From Eledone cirrhosa (lineage: Eukaryota): a stretch of DNA of 64,000 bases. The stretch is from positions 371,008,001-371,072,000 of the forward strand of contig OZ024743.1 in NCBI GenBank assembly GCA_964016885.1. Reading direction: 5' to 3'. The translations under genes and the position numbers were made by a program. Below the pieces are notes generated by a model. That model did not search any database, was not told the DNA's origin, and saw nothing but the letters and a program-made list of their open reading frames with translations. This document shows positions 1-12,133 of the stretch, piece by piece (within the stretch, counting starts at the first letter, position 1; each line of letters starts with the position of its first letter).

Positions 1-59
1 TTTTATTTTGCCTTCCTCACACTAATAGAACTAATTTTTATGGCCTAAGGAGGGAAATT

Positions 60-810
60 GTGTGAGAAGCTTCATACAATGTAGAAGACTTCATCTCCTA
101 TGTTAATGAAAATGAGCCAAAACTATTAGCATATAACATTATACTTAATGAAGTGTTCCCCAATTTTGAAATCCACCATTCCAATTATCCTCTTAAATTT
201 CTTAATGGTCAGGAAGTGTGCAGTATGCCACCACACAAGAATGAATTGAAGGATGCTGTCATTATGCTTCTCAGAAAACTGGATGAGCCAAGATTGTGCA
301 ATGAGACATGTATCGCTGTAGCTGAACTACAGCCTCACATTATCAAAACCAAAATCTTCACTGGGTGTGATAAGGGAAACATTGTATTTATACCTAGAAT
401 ATCACTAATACCAACAGATGTCTCCTTTCATTTCAAACGATTGCAATTCCCAGTCAGAATCAGTTACGCAATCAACAAGTCCCATGGTCAAACACTGCAG
501 GTTGTCCCAGAGTATGAAACCCCAACAAACTCATCGTATATGCTTCAAAGAAAAAGTTTAAAACATTGTATCTACTGCAGTTCTACAAATGGTTTATAAT
601 TTTCATAGAATACATTTTTTCTATTATTTTCTTTATTAATTTCTGTATTTAGATATTCTAAATAAATTTTTTAAATCATGTTATATAATATTTAAATACC
701 TTTTAACATCTTTTATTTAAGGAAAATTGGCATTACGATAGGTGTCAATAGGTAGCTCATGAATAGATTTGAGCACAGTACAGACAAAGCCAAAGGCCAG
801 GTGACCGCTA
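60..810 (+). mobile_element. Decayed Helitron remnant (PIF1-like helicase C-terminal region)
   Basis: ORF 153-599 contains IMLLRKLDEPRLCN, VFIPRISLIP and FKRLQFPVRISYAINKSHGQTL, which are Helitron/PIF1 helicase C-terminal motifs; the frame is disrupted. Ends approximate. Confidence 0.8.
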
Positions 811-957
811 ATATACGTATATATATAATACCTCAAACTATATTCTGATGAAGGACAAACGTCCAAGGACCTAAAACCTTCTCCATTTCTTGTGCAAACC
901 CGTAGCCTCTATGGACTCTATATACATACACACACACACATATACATATATATATAT

Positions 958-1150
958 ATCATCATCATTTCCGTTTAGCATCAATTCTTCCATGCGTGCA
1001 TGTGTTAGGCGGGTCGTCCATGCCGGGAAGTAATTCTGGCCATGGTTGGCCATATCGCACCTTGCTCCGGTGTGGACTATAAATTTGGCCGGGTATTTTA
1101 CTGCTTGATGCCCTTCCTAACACCAACCATATTTACAGTGTGGGACTCGA
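958..1150 (-). mobile_element. RTE LINE/SINE 3' tail fragment
   Basis: (ATC)n tail followed by gatgcccttcctaacaccaacc, the same 3' UTR motif that ends the RTE copies elsewhere in the window. Confidence 0.65.
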
Positions 1151-2340
1151 TGGCTCTGTTATGAGGAGGGACAGGCCAGTTTGTCACGCCAAACCTGTCT
1201 CACAATGTAACCAGTGTTGGAGCCCAACCCCTCTCACAGCATAGTCACCATTTTGGGGGCCTGGTACTGGCTGAGGAAGGACAAGTGCGGAGCCACAGTT
1301 TGGAAGCCTGGTGTTGGACAACACCACTATGCGAAGAGGCCAGTTTAAGACCAGTACTGGATTGCACCGATACGAGGAGCCTAAACCCCTTTTACAGCAT
1401 AGCCATAGTTTCGTGGCCCAGTATTGGATGGCATCACCACGAGGAAGGACAGCCAGTTGGCCACGCCAAACCCATCTCACGGCATAACCATAGTTTAGGG
1501 GCCCGATACTGGATGACACCGCTTTGAGAAGTGGATAGTTGCAGAACCACAGTATGGGAGCCCGGCACTAGATGACACCACCATGAGAAGGGACAGGCCA
1601 ATTTGGCTGCGCCTAACCCCTCCCACAGTGGCACCCCAGTTTCGGAGCCAGGTACTCTCCACGCAACGAACCCTTCTTGTATGAAACCACCAGTTAGGGC
1701 CCATCACTGGATGGTACCGATACGAGGAACCTTACCCATCTCACAGCATAGCCATAGTTTCATGGCCCAGTATCAGATGGCACCGCCATGAGGAGGGTCA
1801 GGCCACTTGGCCAGACCAAACCCATTTCACAACATAACCATAGTTTAGGGGCCCAATACTGGATGACGCCGCTATGAGGAAGGATAGGTGCGGAACCACA
1901 GTATATGAGCCTGGCTCACAGCAGGAACACAGTTTCTGGAGCCCAGCACTCGATGACAACACTATGAGGAAGGACAGGCCAATTGGCTGTGCCAAACCTT
2001 TCTCACAGTAACACCCCAGTTTCGGAGCCAGGCCCTCTCCACACAATAAACCATTCTCAATATGAAACCACATTTTGGAAGCCTGGGTGGGTGGCACGAC
2101 TATGAGTAGGGACAGGCCAGTTGGCCGCGTTAACCCTACTCACAGCAGCATGCTAATTTCGAAGCTGGGCCCTCTTCTGCACAACGAGCCCTTCTCAATA
2201 TGAAACCACAACACTCTCCCTATGACAAGCCCTTCACAAGATCACATTCTATTTCTGGAGCCCTGCACTGGATGACCACAATGAAACTCTGGTGGGCCTG
2301 CCATCAACCTTGTTTGTGGTGTGGGGCTGGGCAGTGCCAT
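1150..2340. repeat. Degenerate GC-balanced tandem repeat with ~350-380 bp higher-order period
   Basis: The motif gagg(a/g)(a/g)ggacaggcca..ttgg recurs near 1163, 1441, 1585, 1790, 1966 and 2104. The blocks starting at 1441 and 1790 align (cataaccatagtttaggggccc.atactggatgac). Confidence 0.75.
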
Positions 2341-2389
2341 TTTGATCCAAGTCCAACATTGAGTTGTCAGAGCAGGTCATTGGTTGAAC

Positions 2390-2965
2390 ATAGTAGCGCT
2401 AGAGGACACCGTACTGTGTTATCCCCTGTGTTATCCATGTCTTCCTGGGTCTTCCCTTCATGCCTCCTGCAACTTTTAAAACCCTGCACCTCTTTAAGCA
2501 TCTGTGATCCTTCATGTCCATCACGGGACCATACCACCACAGTCTTCTTTCTTGCACACAGCATTTGATCCCTCTTATACCTAGTTTCACTCTTAATACA
2601 TTTACACTTTGCTGTTTACGTACACTTCTGTTACACATCCGCATACTTCTGTTAGACATCCATCTGACCATATATGCTTTGTTTCTTTCCAGCCTCTATA
2701 AGTCCTCGGCACGCAGAGCCCATATAGCATTCAGAGCTATCATGTAGCATTGCTGAGCGCACGCAGGCATCGTACAGCTTACCTTTTATCTTAAGTGAGA
2801 GACTCTTTGTAGTTTGCAGTGGCAGCATCTCCCTGAACTTCTTCCAGCCCGTTCTTACTCTTGTGACTGTGCTTTCTACACAGCCACCTTCCGCAGCTGA
2901 TTTCGTCTCCCAGATAGCAGAAGCTATCAACTATTTCTATGGGGTCTTCTGTGAATTTGAAGGGG
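2390..2965 (-). mobile_element. RTE LINE 3' fragment (RT C-terminus)
   Basis: ORFs 2652-2930 and 2399-2671: RVRTGWKKFRE, KGKLYDACVRSAMLH, LGIRGIKCCVQERRL. Confidence 0.9.
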
Positions 2966-2989
2966 CATGTTATCTATATGTATAGTTGA

Positions 2990-5900
2990 AGAACCCCACA
3001 GCCAGTAACAAATTTAAAAGCATATTACTTGATGTTTCTGATAGTAAGGAAGAGCAATTAGAGACACAATTTAGAGGAACAGTGGAAATTCCTGAAAGTT
3101 AACCTTGAAGGCGACTAATGAAATCTGTGGTTGGAGCAGACCGTTAGGCAGGAGGGAATGACATGGTGGTGAAACAGTAAGGTGGAGGAGTCAATCAAGG
3201 GCAAAAAGCAGGCTTGGAAAGAATGGCAGGATAGGGGGTAGTAGAGAACTCTATCGGGTAGCTAGGAGAGAAGCTAGACAACAAGCATACTTTGCAAAGA
3301 GGGAAGCAGAGGATAGTAAGTTCAAGCATATTCTACAACGGGACGAACAAAGATGTCAGGTATTCAGGATTGCGAGGCTATGTGTCAAGGAGAACTGTGA
3401 TATTGTCGGGGGAGACGTGTGTCCGTAATGACAATGGTATACTTGCCCTTACTGACAGTGATAAGAAGGCAGCTTGGAAGTGTCACTATAAGAGACTACT
3501 GAATGTGGAGAATGAATGTAATAAAGATAGTCTACCCCACATCGATCCAATAGAAGGACCAGCTGTGCAAGTTGATGGTAGTGTAGTAAGTAAGGCAATC
3601 AAAAATATGAAGACCGGCAAGGCTGCTGGGCCTTCGGGAATAGTTGCTGAAATGTTGGAGGTATCAGGAATGGTAGGACATACTATGGTCACACCAAGTA
3701 ATATAAAATGGGGTCATACCAAATGACTGGCGTAGCAGCATCATTGTCAACTGTTACAAGGGCAAAGGAGACGCCCTGGATAGAGAAAACTAGCGATGCA
3801 TTAGTTAGTTGACCAGGTCATGAAGGTCACAGAAAGAGTTATTACACAATTGATTATTGACCAAATTGATCTAGATGAAATGCAGTTTGGGTTTGTGCCA
3901 GGTAAAAGTACCACGGATGCTCTTTTCCTTGTACGGCAATTACAAGAGAAGTACCTAGCTAACAGTAAACCCCTCTACTTAGCTTTTGTGGACCTGGACA
4001 AGGCCTTTGACAGAGTCCCACGCACCTTAATCTGGTGGGCTTTTAGAAAACTAGGAGTGGAAAAATAATTTGTGAAAGCTATACAAGCTATGTTTAGAAG
4101 AACAGTCAGCAAGGTTAGAATTAACAATGAATATAGTAATGAATTTAGCGTAATAGTAGGGGTTCACCAAGGCTCTGTCCTTATCCCGCTCCTGTTTATT
4201 ATTGTCCTATAGGCTATAACAGAAGGGTTTAAGACTGGTTGCCCTTGGGAACTTCTATATTCAGATGATCTAACTCTCATAGCTGAATCCATGGCTGAAC
4301 TAGAGAAGAAGTCCAAACATGGAAGCATGGCCTAGAATCAAAAGTGTCAAAAGAGTCAACTTGTCTAAGACTAAAGTTCTAGTATGTAGAAAGGTGCCCT
4401 TTGGGAAATGGCCATGCTCAGTGTATAAGAAAGGAGTAGGTAGAAATTCCATTCTATGTCCCAAATGCAAACTATGGGTACATAAAAGATGTAGTGGTAT
4501 CACAGGTAAGCTATCTAAGAATGTAGATTTTATATGTGGTCGATGCTCAGGTGAAGTAAGTAGCAAGGACCTACTGCCCAGATGGTTTTATAGAACTAGT
4601 AGACACTTTCCGTTACCTGGGTGACAAAATCAGCAGTGGACAAGGGTGCTCTGAAAGTGTAGTAGCCAGAGTTAGAACAGGATAGAAAATGTTCAGAGAG
4701 CTAATACCACTGTTGGCCACAAGGAGTTTTTCCCTAAAAGTGAAAGGCAGATTGTATGATGCTTGTATACAAATGGCGATATTACATGGTAGTGAGACCT
4801 GGACGTTGTGTGCTGAAGACTTGCATAGATTAGAAAGAAATGAAGCTTGCATGCACCAATGGATGTGTAATAGTAATGTGTACGAACAGCAAAGCATAAA
4901 CGAATTGAGAGAGAGACTAAGCATAAGAGGTATCAAATGTTGTGTTCTGGAGAGGAGATTGCATTGGTAAGGATATATGATGCATATGAAGGATGACAGC
5001 TGTATAAAAAAGTGCAGGGCAATGAAAATTGATGGAAGCTACGGAGTGGGTAGACCAAGAAAAACATGGGACGACATGATAAAAACTGACCTTGCTTACT
5101 TATACCTTTCTAAGACAATGGCTGGATCGAGATCTTTGGCGCCATGCAGTTGTGCAGAAGACCCAACTACCATTGCATACAAAACCTACAGTGAGTAGGC
5201 ACCTCTTAACCCAATGTACACACCCTACCCCATCCTCCCTTTCCCGTTCCATCCACTGTGTCGATGACACAACAGTCCACACTGTAAGGTGGCCATGTAG
5301 GAGACTCGGTAAAAAGGTTCCCAGTCCACACTGTAAATGTGGTTGGTGTTAGGACGGGCATCCAGCTGTAAAAAACCTGCCAGAGACACTTCCATATGAG
5401 CGAGACAGTCTCCCAAACATTCCCACATCAAATGGAACAAAACCGTCTAACCCAGGGTTTCCCAACCTTTTTTTCAGCCAGTGCCCCCCTTTGGGCGCAA
5501 ACTTTTATGTCAAAGTCCCCCTGTCAAATTAAATTCAAATAAGATACTAAATTCATCTTACATAGAAAGATGACACTTAGGTATTAGTGCAAAAGTAATT
5601 TTAATATTGTCTTAATCTTCCAAAGCCATAAAAAGTGTTTTTAGCTGAGGTGTAATTTTATAATCAAACAAATTTTAAATTTCGGAACATAAGACTTACC
5701 ACGTTATCTGGTGAATGGCTGCAGTTCAAATGGGTACAAAACCTAAAACAAAAGTGTGTGTGTGCACGCATGTGTGGTTGGGCCTTTAATCGCCAGGGAT
5801 CAATTTAAGTTCAATCACAGAGAGAAATTCAAAACAGCAACACACTCACATACACGCAATCATACACATACAAGCATACCCATACATACATATCAGCCAC

Positions 5901-6342
5901 TTCCAAAAGCCCATTTCATCCAAAATTCTGACCACCATTCTTTATATATTTGCACACAAATACACACATTCAGCTTTTCGCTTTTATTCATTGTTTTTTT
6001 TTCTTTTAGTCGACTGTCACCATTCATTGTTTTTTATTTTTGTTTTTGTTTTGGGGGTTTAACTTTAGTGACACCAGTTACACATGGTGCCAGAAATTCG
6101 CTTGGTGCCGCCAAAGAGAAAAAGTGTTTTTTTAATTTTTGGAAATTTGAAAGAAAAAAAAAATGGATAAATGCCCACCTGAGTATATTTACCCCCCCCC
6201 CCCCCCTAATGAAATAAAAACTTCCATCACCCCCTTTCAACACAACAGTGCCCACAAGGGGTGCTAGCACCCACATTGGGAATCACTAATCTAACCCATG
6301 CTAGCGTGGAGATGGACGTTAAACGATGATGATGATGATGAT
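2990..6342 (+). mobile_element. 5'-truncated decayed RTE LINE; 3' tail interrupted by a hAT MITE
   Basis: Collinear broken ORFs 3292-5198 ([36 protein letters not shown]). The 3' UTR runs to 5452, resumes at 6289 and ends in (GAT)n. Confidence 0.9.
5453..6288. mobile_element. hAT (Charlie-like) non-autonomous DNA transposon
   Basis: TIRs cagggtttcccaa / ttgggaatcacta. 8-bp TSD gtctaacc (5445-5452) / atctaacc (6289-6296). Removing it restores the RTE tail gtctaacccatgctagcgtgga. Confidence 0.85.
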
Positions 6343-6865
6343 ATATATATGTTTATCATCATTATTATCATTTAACGTTTGCTTTCCCTACTAGCAAGGG
6401 TTGGACAGGTCTACAAAAACCAAGTCAGGACTGAAGTGGGGCTACTGACATACCAGTCAAGCAGGAGTGTCTATATGCCGCTTATATATGGTCATATCGA
6501 GTGCAGAGATGAACTTGCCATGTCTTTGGCAAGCTTTCTTCAGCTAGATTTTCTTCCTACAACCAACGACTTTACAGAGTTTACTTAGCGGCGGAAAAAG
6601 TAGTTATCAGCAGCTGCTACAAGGGATACAGCCAGTTTCTATAAAATAACTTATAAAATAGAGTAATGAACCTTTTAGAGAAGCTGCTGGCAACATCTCT
6701 TTCCATCTCAAAGGAAGAGGAGGCATAGGAGAAAGAAGTGGATTGATTGACTGAAGTTCAGGGACTCACATCAAGATGATCTCTTCTTTATCGTATTCCC
6801 ACCACCACCGGTTCCCCTTCAGCCTGGATCACCTTGATCAGAACTTGTAAGATGTGCGGCAGTTG

Positions 6866-6914
<49 letters not shown>

Positions 6915-7249
6915 TATCATCATCATCACCGTTTTACGTCAATGTTTCCATATATATATATATGCATATATACATATATATATATATTATAAAGAACAAG
7001 GAATCAGTGTTGCATCAAATCACAATTTATTAACATATTACATATGTTGACATGATCTTGTATCAGTAATGACGGTAATATATGTGTGTGTGTGAGTGGC
7101 GTGTGTGTGTTTGTATGCATGAGTGTTGGTGTGTGAGTCAGTGTGTGTGTGCCATACATATGAGTGTTAAGTGATTATTATTTTTTTTTTATTTTCTTTG
7201 CGCGGGGACAGAAATAATCAGGCTAGATACCCGATCGCGCAGTTAAACT

Positions 7250-8242
7250 ACTGGGAGTGAAGGACCCCTAGCCCTTGTCAGAGCATTCTTTCAGGAGAAG
7301 GCATCTCAGGAAACTGGGTTAACTCCAACATAAAACCTGCGGCTCAGTAGTTACCGATGATGTTGATCTTTTCTTCTTTTCGGGTTATAGCTACTGTCGC
7401 TCAGAGAGTGGGATTGGCTCAGTGCACAGTCTTTCCTCACTTTAAAAATATTCTTCACGCACAGGCATTGCACGATTGCGTTAATTAATAACTACTAATA
7501 GTGTTATTGTTATTATTGTTGTGACCATGCTGTAAAATGGAGGGGTAGAGAGGGCTCATGAGTTCAGTAAGACATCCTCTCCAGTGCTGATGGCACAAAT
7601 AAAAGCACCCAGTGCATGCTGTAAAGTGGCACTGGTGTTAGAAAGGGCATCCAACCAGTGTATTAATGCCAAAACATTTATGAGCACAACAACAAATATA
7701 TATCGCAATAACTGCATAAACAGCAATAACACTAACCATGTTAGAGCTGCGCACGGTAGTGGGGTGGCTGGTGCGGCCATATGCGAGAACCCCCCCAACC
7801 GTCTTCAAGCAATCGCACTACAGGAAAAGGAACAACAAAAATATGAAGACGTATCTCAGAGTTGCAACACTTAATGTTGGCACTCTCACAGGTAGATCTG
7901 GTGAAATAGTGGAGATGACAGAGGACAGAGACATCGTTATGCTAGCAGGGGACTTCAATGATCATGTTGGACAGCTCCAGGATGGTTACACTGAGGTACA
8001 TGGTGGGCACGGTTACGGCTCAAGAAATGAAGAAGGAGTGAGACCTCTTGAATTTTGTGATGCAAGTACACTGACTATTTGCAACACTAACTTTCAGAAA
8101 CCTGCCAACCACCTAATAACCTACAAATCAGGCGAGCACATAAGCCAGATTGACTTCTTACTAGTTAGGCAACGGGACAGGCAGATGGTGTCAAATACCA
8201 AGGCATACCCTGGGGAACAATGTACCCCACAGCATAAGTTAG
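7250..8242 (+). mobile_element. RTE LINE 5' fragment (APE endonuclease, internally deleted)
   Basis: ORF 7738-8271: LRVATLNVGTLTGRSGEIVEM, AGDFNDHVG, SQIDFLLVR, CTPQHKLV. The 5' boundary is uncertain. Confidence 0.85.
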
Positions 8243-9756
8243 TAAGCGAAGGCGTCTCACTGAAGGAGTAAATGCGACTGCGATCAGGCTCTCACAGAAT
8301 GCTGTGCAGACGGCAGCTGCAAGAGCGGAGGAGGATGACAGTCAGCGTGAACTTTGACGGAACAAAGATGCTGCCACGACTGCTGCTACTCGCGCTCGAG
8401 ATGAAGAACGACGTGCCGTCCGACGAATTAGGGACGCCGCTGCCACTGCACAAAAATACTGAAACCATAGAACAACAACGTGGCCGACTTCTGGAAAGTG
8501 AACAGCAGCGATCATCGTTACATGGCATTTCTAGGACTTGTAATTCACGATGGTTGTTGAAGGCCTTTAACTACGACCCCTCTTCCGATTACACTGTGCT
8601 TGCCTGGAAACCTGCACGTCTACAAGTCCCTTGACACTATGGCTGATCCGGATGAAGTTGTTAATTACCCCACAGAATTTCTTAACTCCCTAGACCCTCC
8701 CGGATTTCCATCACACTTATTGCGACTTAAGAAAGGTGCCCCTGTCATGCTCCTCAGGAAATTGGAACTCCGAAGGCTTTCCAACGGCACGCGTCTGGTC
8801 CGCCAAAAGACAGTGCCTCATGTTATTGAGGCAACAATATTTACAGGATGTGGTAAGGGGGATACTGTCTTCATACCAAGGATACCTCTCATTCCATCCG
8901 GTAAAGATATTCCTTTCACATTCAGAAGGCTGCAATTCCCTCTCCGGCTCAGTTTCACCATTTCAATTAACAAATCACAGTGTCAGACGCTGACGGTCGT
9001 AGGGCTTAATTAGAAGAACCGTGCTTCTCCCATGGTCAACTATATGTTGGCTGCTCTCGAGTGGGGAGCCGACATAACCTATTTTCTTTTGCAACTCGCG
9101 AGAAAACCCAAAATATAGTCTATAAGGAAGCTTTGTAGGCACGCCCAAAAAGTAATTGCTGTTTGTTTTTTTTTGTATAAGTGCTTACATTTTCTTATCC
9201 GTGTGCTATTTTTGTCCTTTTGACAATACCACGTACGCCTCTGAGGTTGCTTTTGCTATACGTTATAAATGTTCAATGTCTCCGTTTTCCACATTTATAT
9301 GTTGCTATTACGCTTTGCTATCGATGTTCCGTAGTTTTAACCTAATTAATCTACTTTTCCCTCCATCTTATCTACACATTTTTGGAAATTCCAGCGTGAT
9401 CTTGCTAAGGCCGTTTTTGTGGCCACCCACTGTTACATGCTTTTCTAGGTTACAATCTCAAATAACAAACAAAGCAAATACAACACACCAAAGTGATGTG
9501 AAGGACTTAAGGGCCATCACCTCTAATCGGAGTCGTCTTTGCTGACAGCTCTGCCGCTGAGACTTTTAAGATTGAACGATCCAAGGCTCTCTTTGGGGCC
9601 ACCAACTTTAAATTGTTACCATCGGGTTCATCTTTGCTGGCAGCACCGCCGCAGCGATATTTCAAAGGGAACCTTCAAAGGCCCTCTTTAGGGCCAACAC
9701 CTATAAATTGTTACTTGTTTAACGGAAGTTTACTCCATTGAGAGTTATACTGCTAG
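8243..9756 (+). mobile_element. Non-autonomous Helitron derivative (Rep/Hel N-terminus joined to helicase C-terminus)
   Basis: N-terminal ...WLLKAFNYDPSSDY abuts PGNLHVYKSLDT...YPTEFLNSLDPPGFP...RRLQFPLRLSF. Ends in CTAG|T at 9753-9757. Homologous to 27899-29490. Confidence 0.85.
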
Positions 9757-9839
9757 TTTATAATAAATTGAAGTGAAATACCAAATGATGCGTATGTTTT
9801 TTATTGGCAGCATGAGTCCCCCCCCCCCCCCCTCAGCAT

Positions 9840-9877
<38 letters not shown>

Positions 9878-10029
9878 GTTTTGTGGTTCACCAATGGATA
9901 GAACTGATCCTTCCGTTTAGTTAACCATGATGTAATATTAGGAAAAGCAATCTACGTTATGCAACTCATCCATATATTAAAAATGAAGAGCTAATATCGT
10001 TTGTATGCATGTGATATATATATATATAT

Positions 10030-10059
10030 AAGATCAAAAGATGGTTAAAAGAGTTCCAT
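10030..10059 (-). mobile_element. ~30-bp PLE terminal fragment inside (TA)n
   Basis: aagatcaaaagatggttaaaagagttccat is identical to 61665-61694, the end of the PLE at 61665-64000; flanked by (TA)n on both sides. Confidence 0.75.
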
Positions 10060-11068
10060 ATATATATATATAATGCTAGGGGGTTTAAATTTATTATTAT
10101 CATTTGCTGACAGAAATTATATACATTAAATCCTAGTAGCAAATAAAAGAAATCATTACACATACATTGAATATACCTAGATAAGCATAATTGACAATAA
10201 TAAATTGACACGAAGAAAAGAAAAACAATTATATTTGTTAGGTGGCTTGTTAAATTGGCCATTTACTGACATAAATCAGCGTTGGCTTAAGGTGAGGGGG
10301 GTGACTAGGTGGTAGCTCGGGACCCCAATTTATTTGATACCATAAATAACGAGCAAAGGCTTCGATGACATGTTCAATTAAGGGCCTCATGCAAGCTTAA
10401 TCGGCCCTGTCGGTATTGTTTAATGATCAAAGTCGCTTAATCCCCAAACCAGTTATAAAGAACAAAACCTCAACACTCAGCTATTCATTTCGTTGTTGAT
10501 ATTCCACTAATGTATGAATTTATTAACATATACGCCCACAAAATATAAATTCCAAAAAGATTCATAAAATGTTTTTTAAAATAAGATTTTAAAAAAAGGT
10601 AAATATGTTGTTTGTTTTTCATATTTTTCTGAAAAATTATATATGCGTGTATGTATAAACTATATTGCAGATAGATACACTAATACTGAGGAACAAGCAA
10701 CTGTTGGTAATTATTTCAGTAAAACAAACAAAAAAATGCAAATTATAGATAAAGCAGGCGAGTATTTAATTATCTATAGGTTATGTTTATTTTCATTATC
10801 ATTAATGACTAATACTTAACAACAAAGCTTTCGAAATGGTCAATTACATTGAATTATCTAATTATTTGGTCACAGGTATCAAACTGTTATTGCCATATCA
10901 GTCAGTGACCGGTTATTTCTCGCATAAACATTACAGAGCAATTCTTGAACATTTTATTCTCGAAATATTATAATATTGCTAATTATCGATAAAACGTACA
11001 TTTAATTATATATATATAAACAAAAGAATAAGAGAGTAGTAAGTATAAGTAATGCCAGGTTTACTAAC

Positions 11069-11092
11069 CTTAGACGTCCTGATAAATTCCAT
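11069..11092 (-). CDS. Candidate first coding exon (MEFIRTSK) of a divergently transcribed gene
   Basis: Minus strand reads cgaaaATGG (good Kozak context) through AAG|GTTAGT donor, in non-repetitive DNA 284 bp from the nucleoporin ATG. No downstream exon identified. Confidence 0.3.
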
Positions 11093-11376
11093 TTTCGTGA
11101 TTCCGTCAAGTGTTTTTCTTGTTTACAGCTTTCAATCCTCCATGTTACAAGGTTAGCCACATCTCATGGATAATACTGAAAATATATTTTCAGATTATTT
11201 TTGGATTCTGAAATTAATTCTTTATGATAATTGGAGAATCACCACTTTTTGTAAATATAATTTCAGAAATAAAATTTTAATCGGATGTTTGTGTTTTTGT
11301 TACTGTATATAATAATTAGTTTACATCTGTTAATAGTTTCGTATCTTTGATTTGAAAATTTGTGAACTACAACAAT

Positions 11377-11438
11377 ATGGCGGCTGGAGGAGGGTTTACA
11401 TTTGGACAATCTCCAGCTCCCGCATTTGGTGCCACAAA
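11377..11438 (+). CDS. FG-nucleoporin (Nup62-like) exon 1: MAAGGGFTFGQSPAPAFGAT
   Basis: aatATGG start, FxFG/FG motifs, donor AA|GTAAGG (phase 2). Confidence 0.85.
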
Positions 11439-12133
11439 GTAAGGACATATTATTTTCTTAAAATTGAATATCAGACGATCGTCTTTCGTTTTGTATCGAT
11501 GAATTGTTTTATGACCATTGTCGCTTTTAAATATTTCGATATAATTAACTGTCAAGTTTCGTAATAACTGATAATAAATATCTACAAGTAATCTAAATAT
11601 TAACTATATATTCTAATGGTTAGAATAATGCTTTAAAAGTTAAACAATAAATTAAAACAGCACGTGAATAACATATATATTCGTACGTTTGGATACGCAA
11701 ACACGAGGAAAATGTGTTCTATGTCGAAGAAGAGTATATTGTATATATATTTTTTTTTATTGTAACTAAGATTACTCTGTTGCTATTCTAAGTGGAAAAT
11801 AATTGTTTCTACTTTTGGCACAAGCCCAGCAATTCTAAGTGGAAAATAATGATAAAATAATTTACTGGCTTCAAATGAATTAAATAACACAAATGTTCTT
11901 TTTCTTTTATTTTGTCCTGCATCAATGAACCAAATGTTTAGAATTTTTTTTATTCATCTTTACAACGTGCCTTTCTTCACCTTAGTATTAGCCATGGATT
12001 TGTGTTATAATATTTATATCAAAAGCCTTTGTTCGTATTTACTTATTTAGTAATCTTTCGTAAAATTATTGTGAAAGCAAAAATTACTAAAATGTGATTT
12101 TCTATCAAAGAAAACGGACGAAAAATCTCTATA

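Noticed and set aside
845-870. CTGATGA-a-ggac(aaac)gtcc hammerhead half
   Set aside because: No GAAA, stem III or stem I partner follows; at best a truncated relic.
1150-2340. CRISPR-like or prokaryotic repeat-spacer array
   Set aside because: The repeats are degenerate and the intervening sequences are themselves repeated; the context is eukaryotic with no cas genes.
10277-10408. Possible tiny hAT MITE (cagcgttggcttaag / cttaatcggccctg)
   Set aside because: The TIRs are poorly matched and there is no 8-bp TSD.
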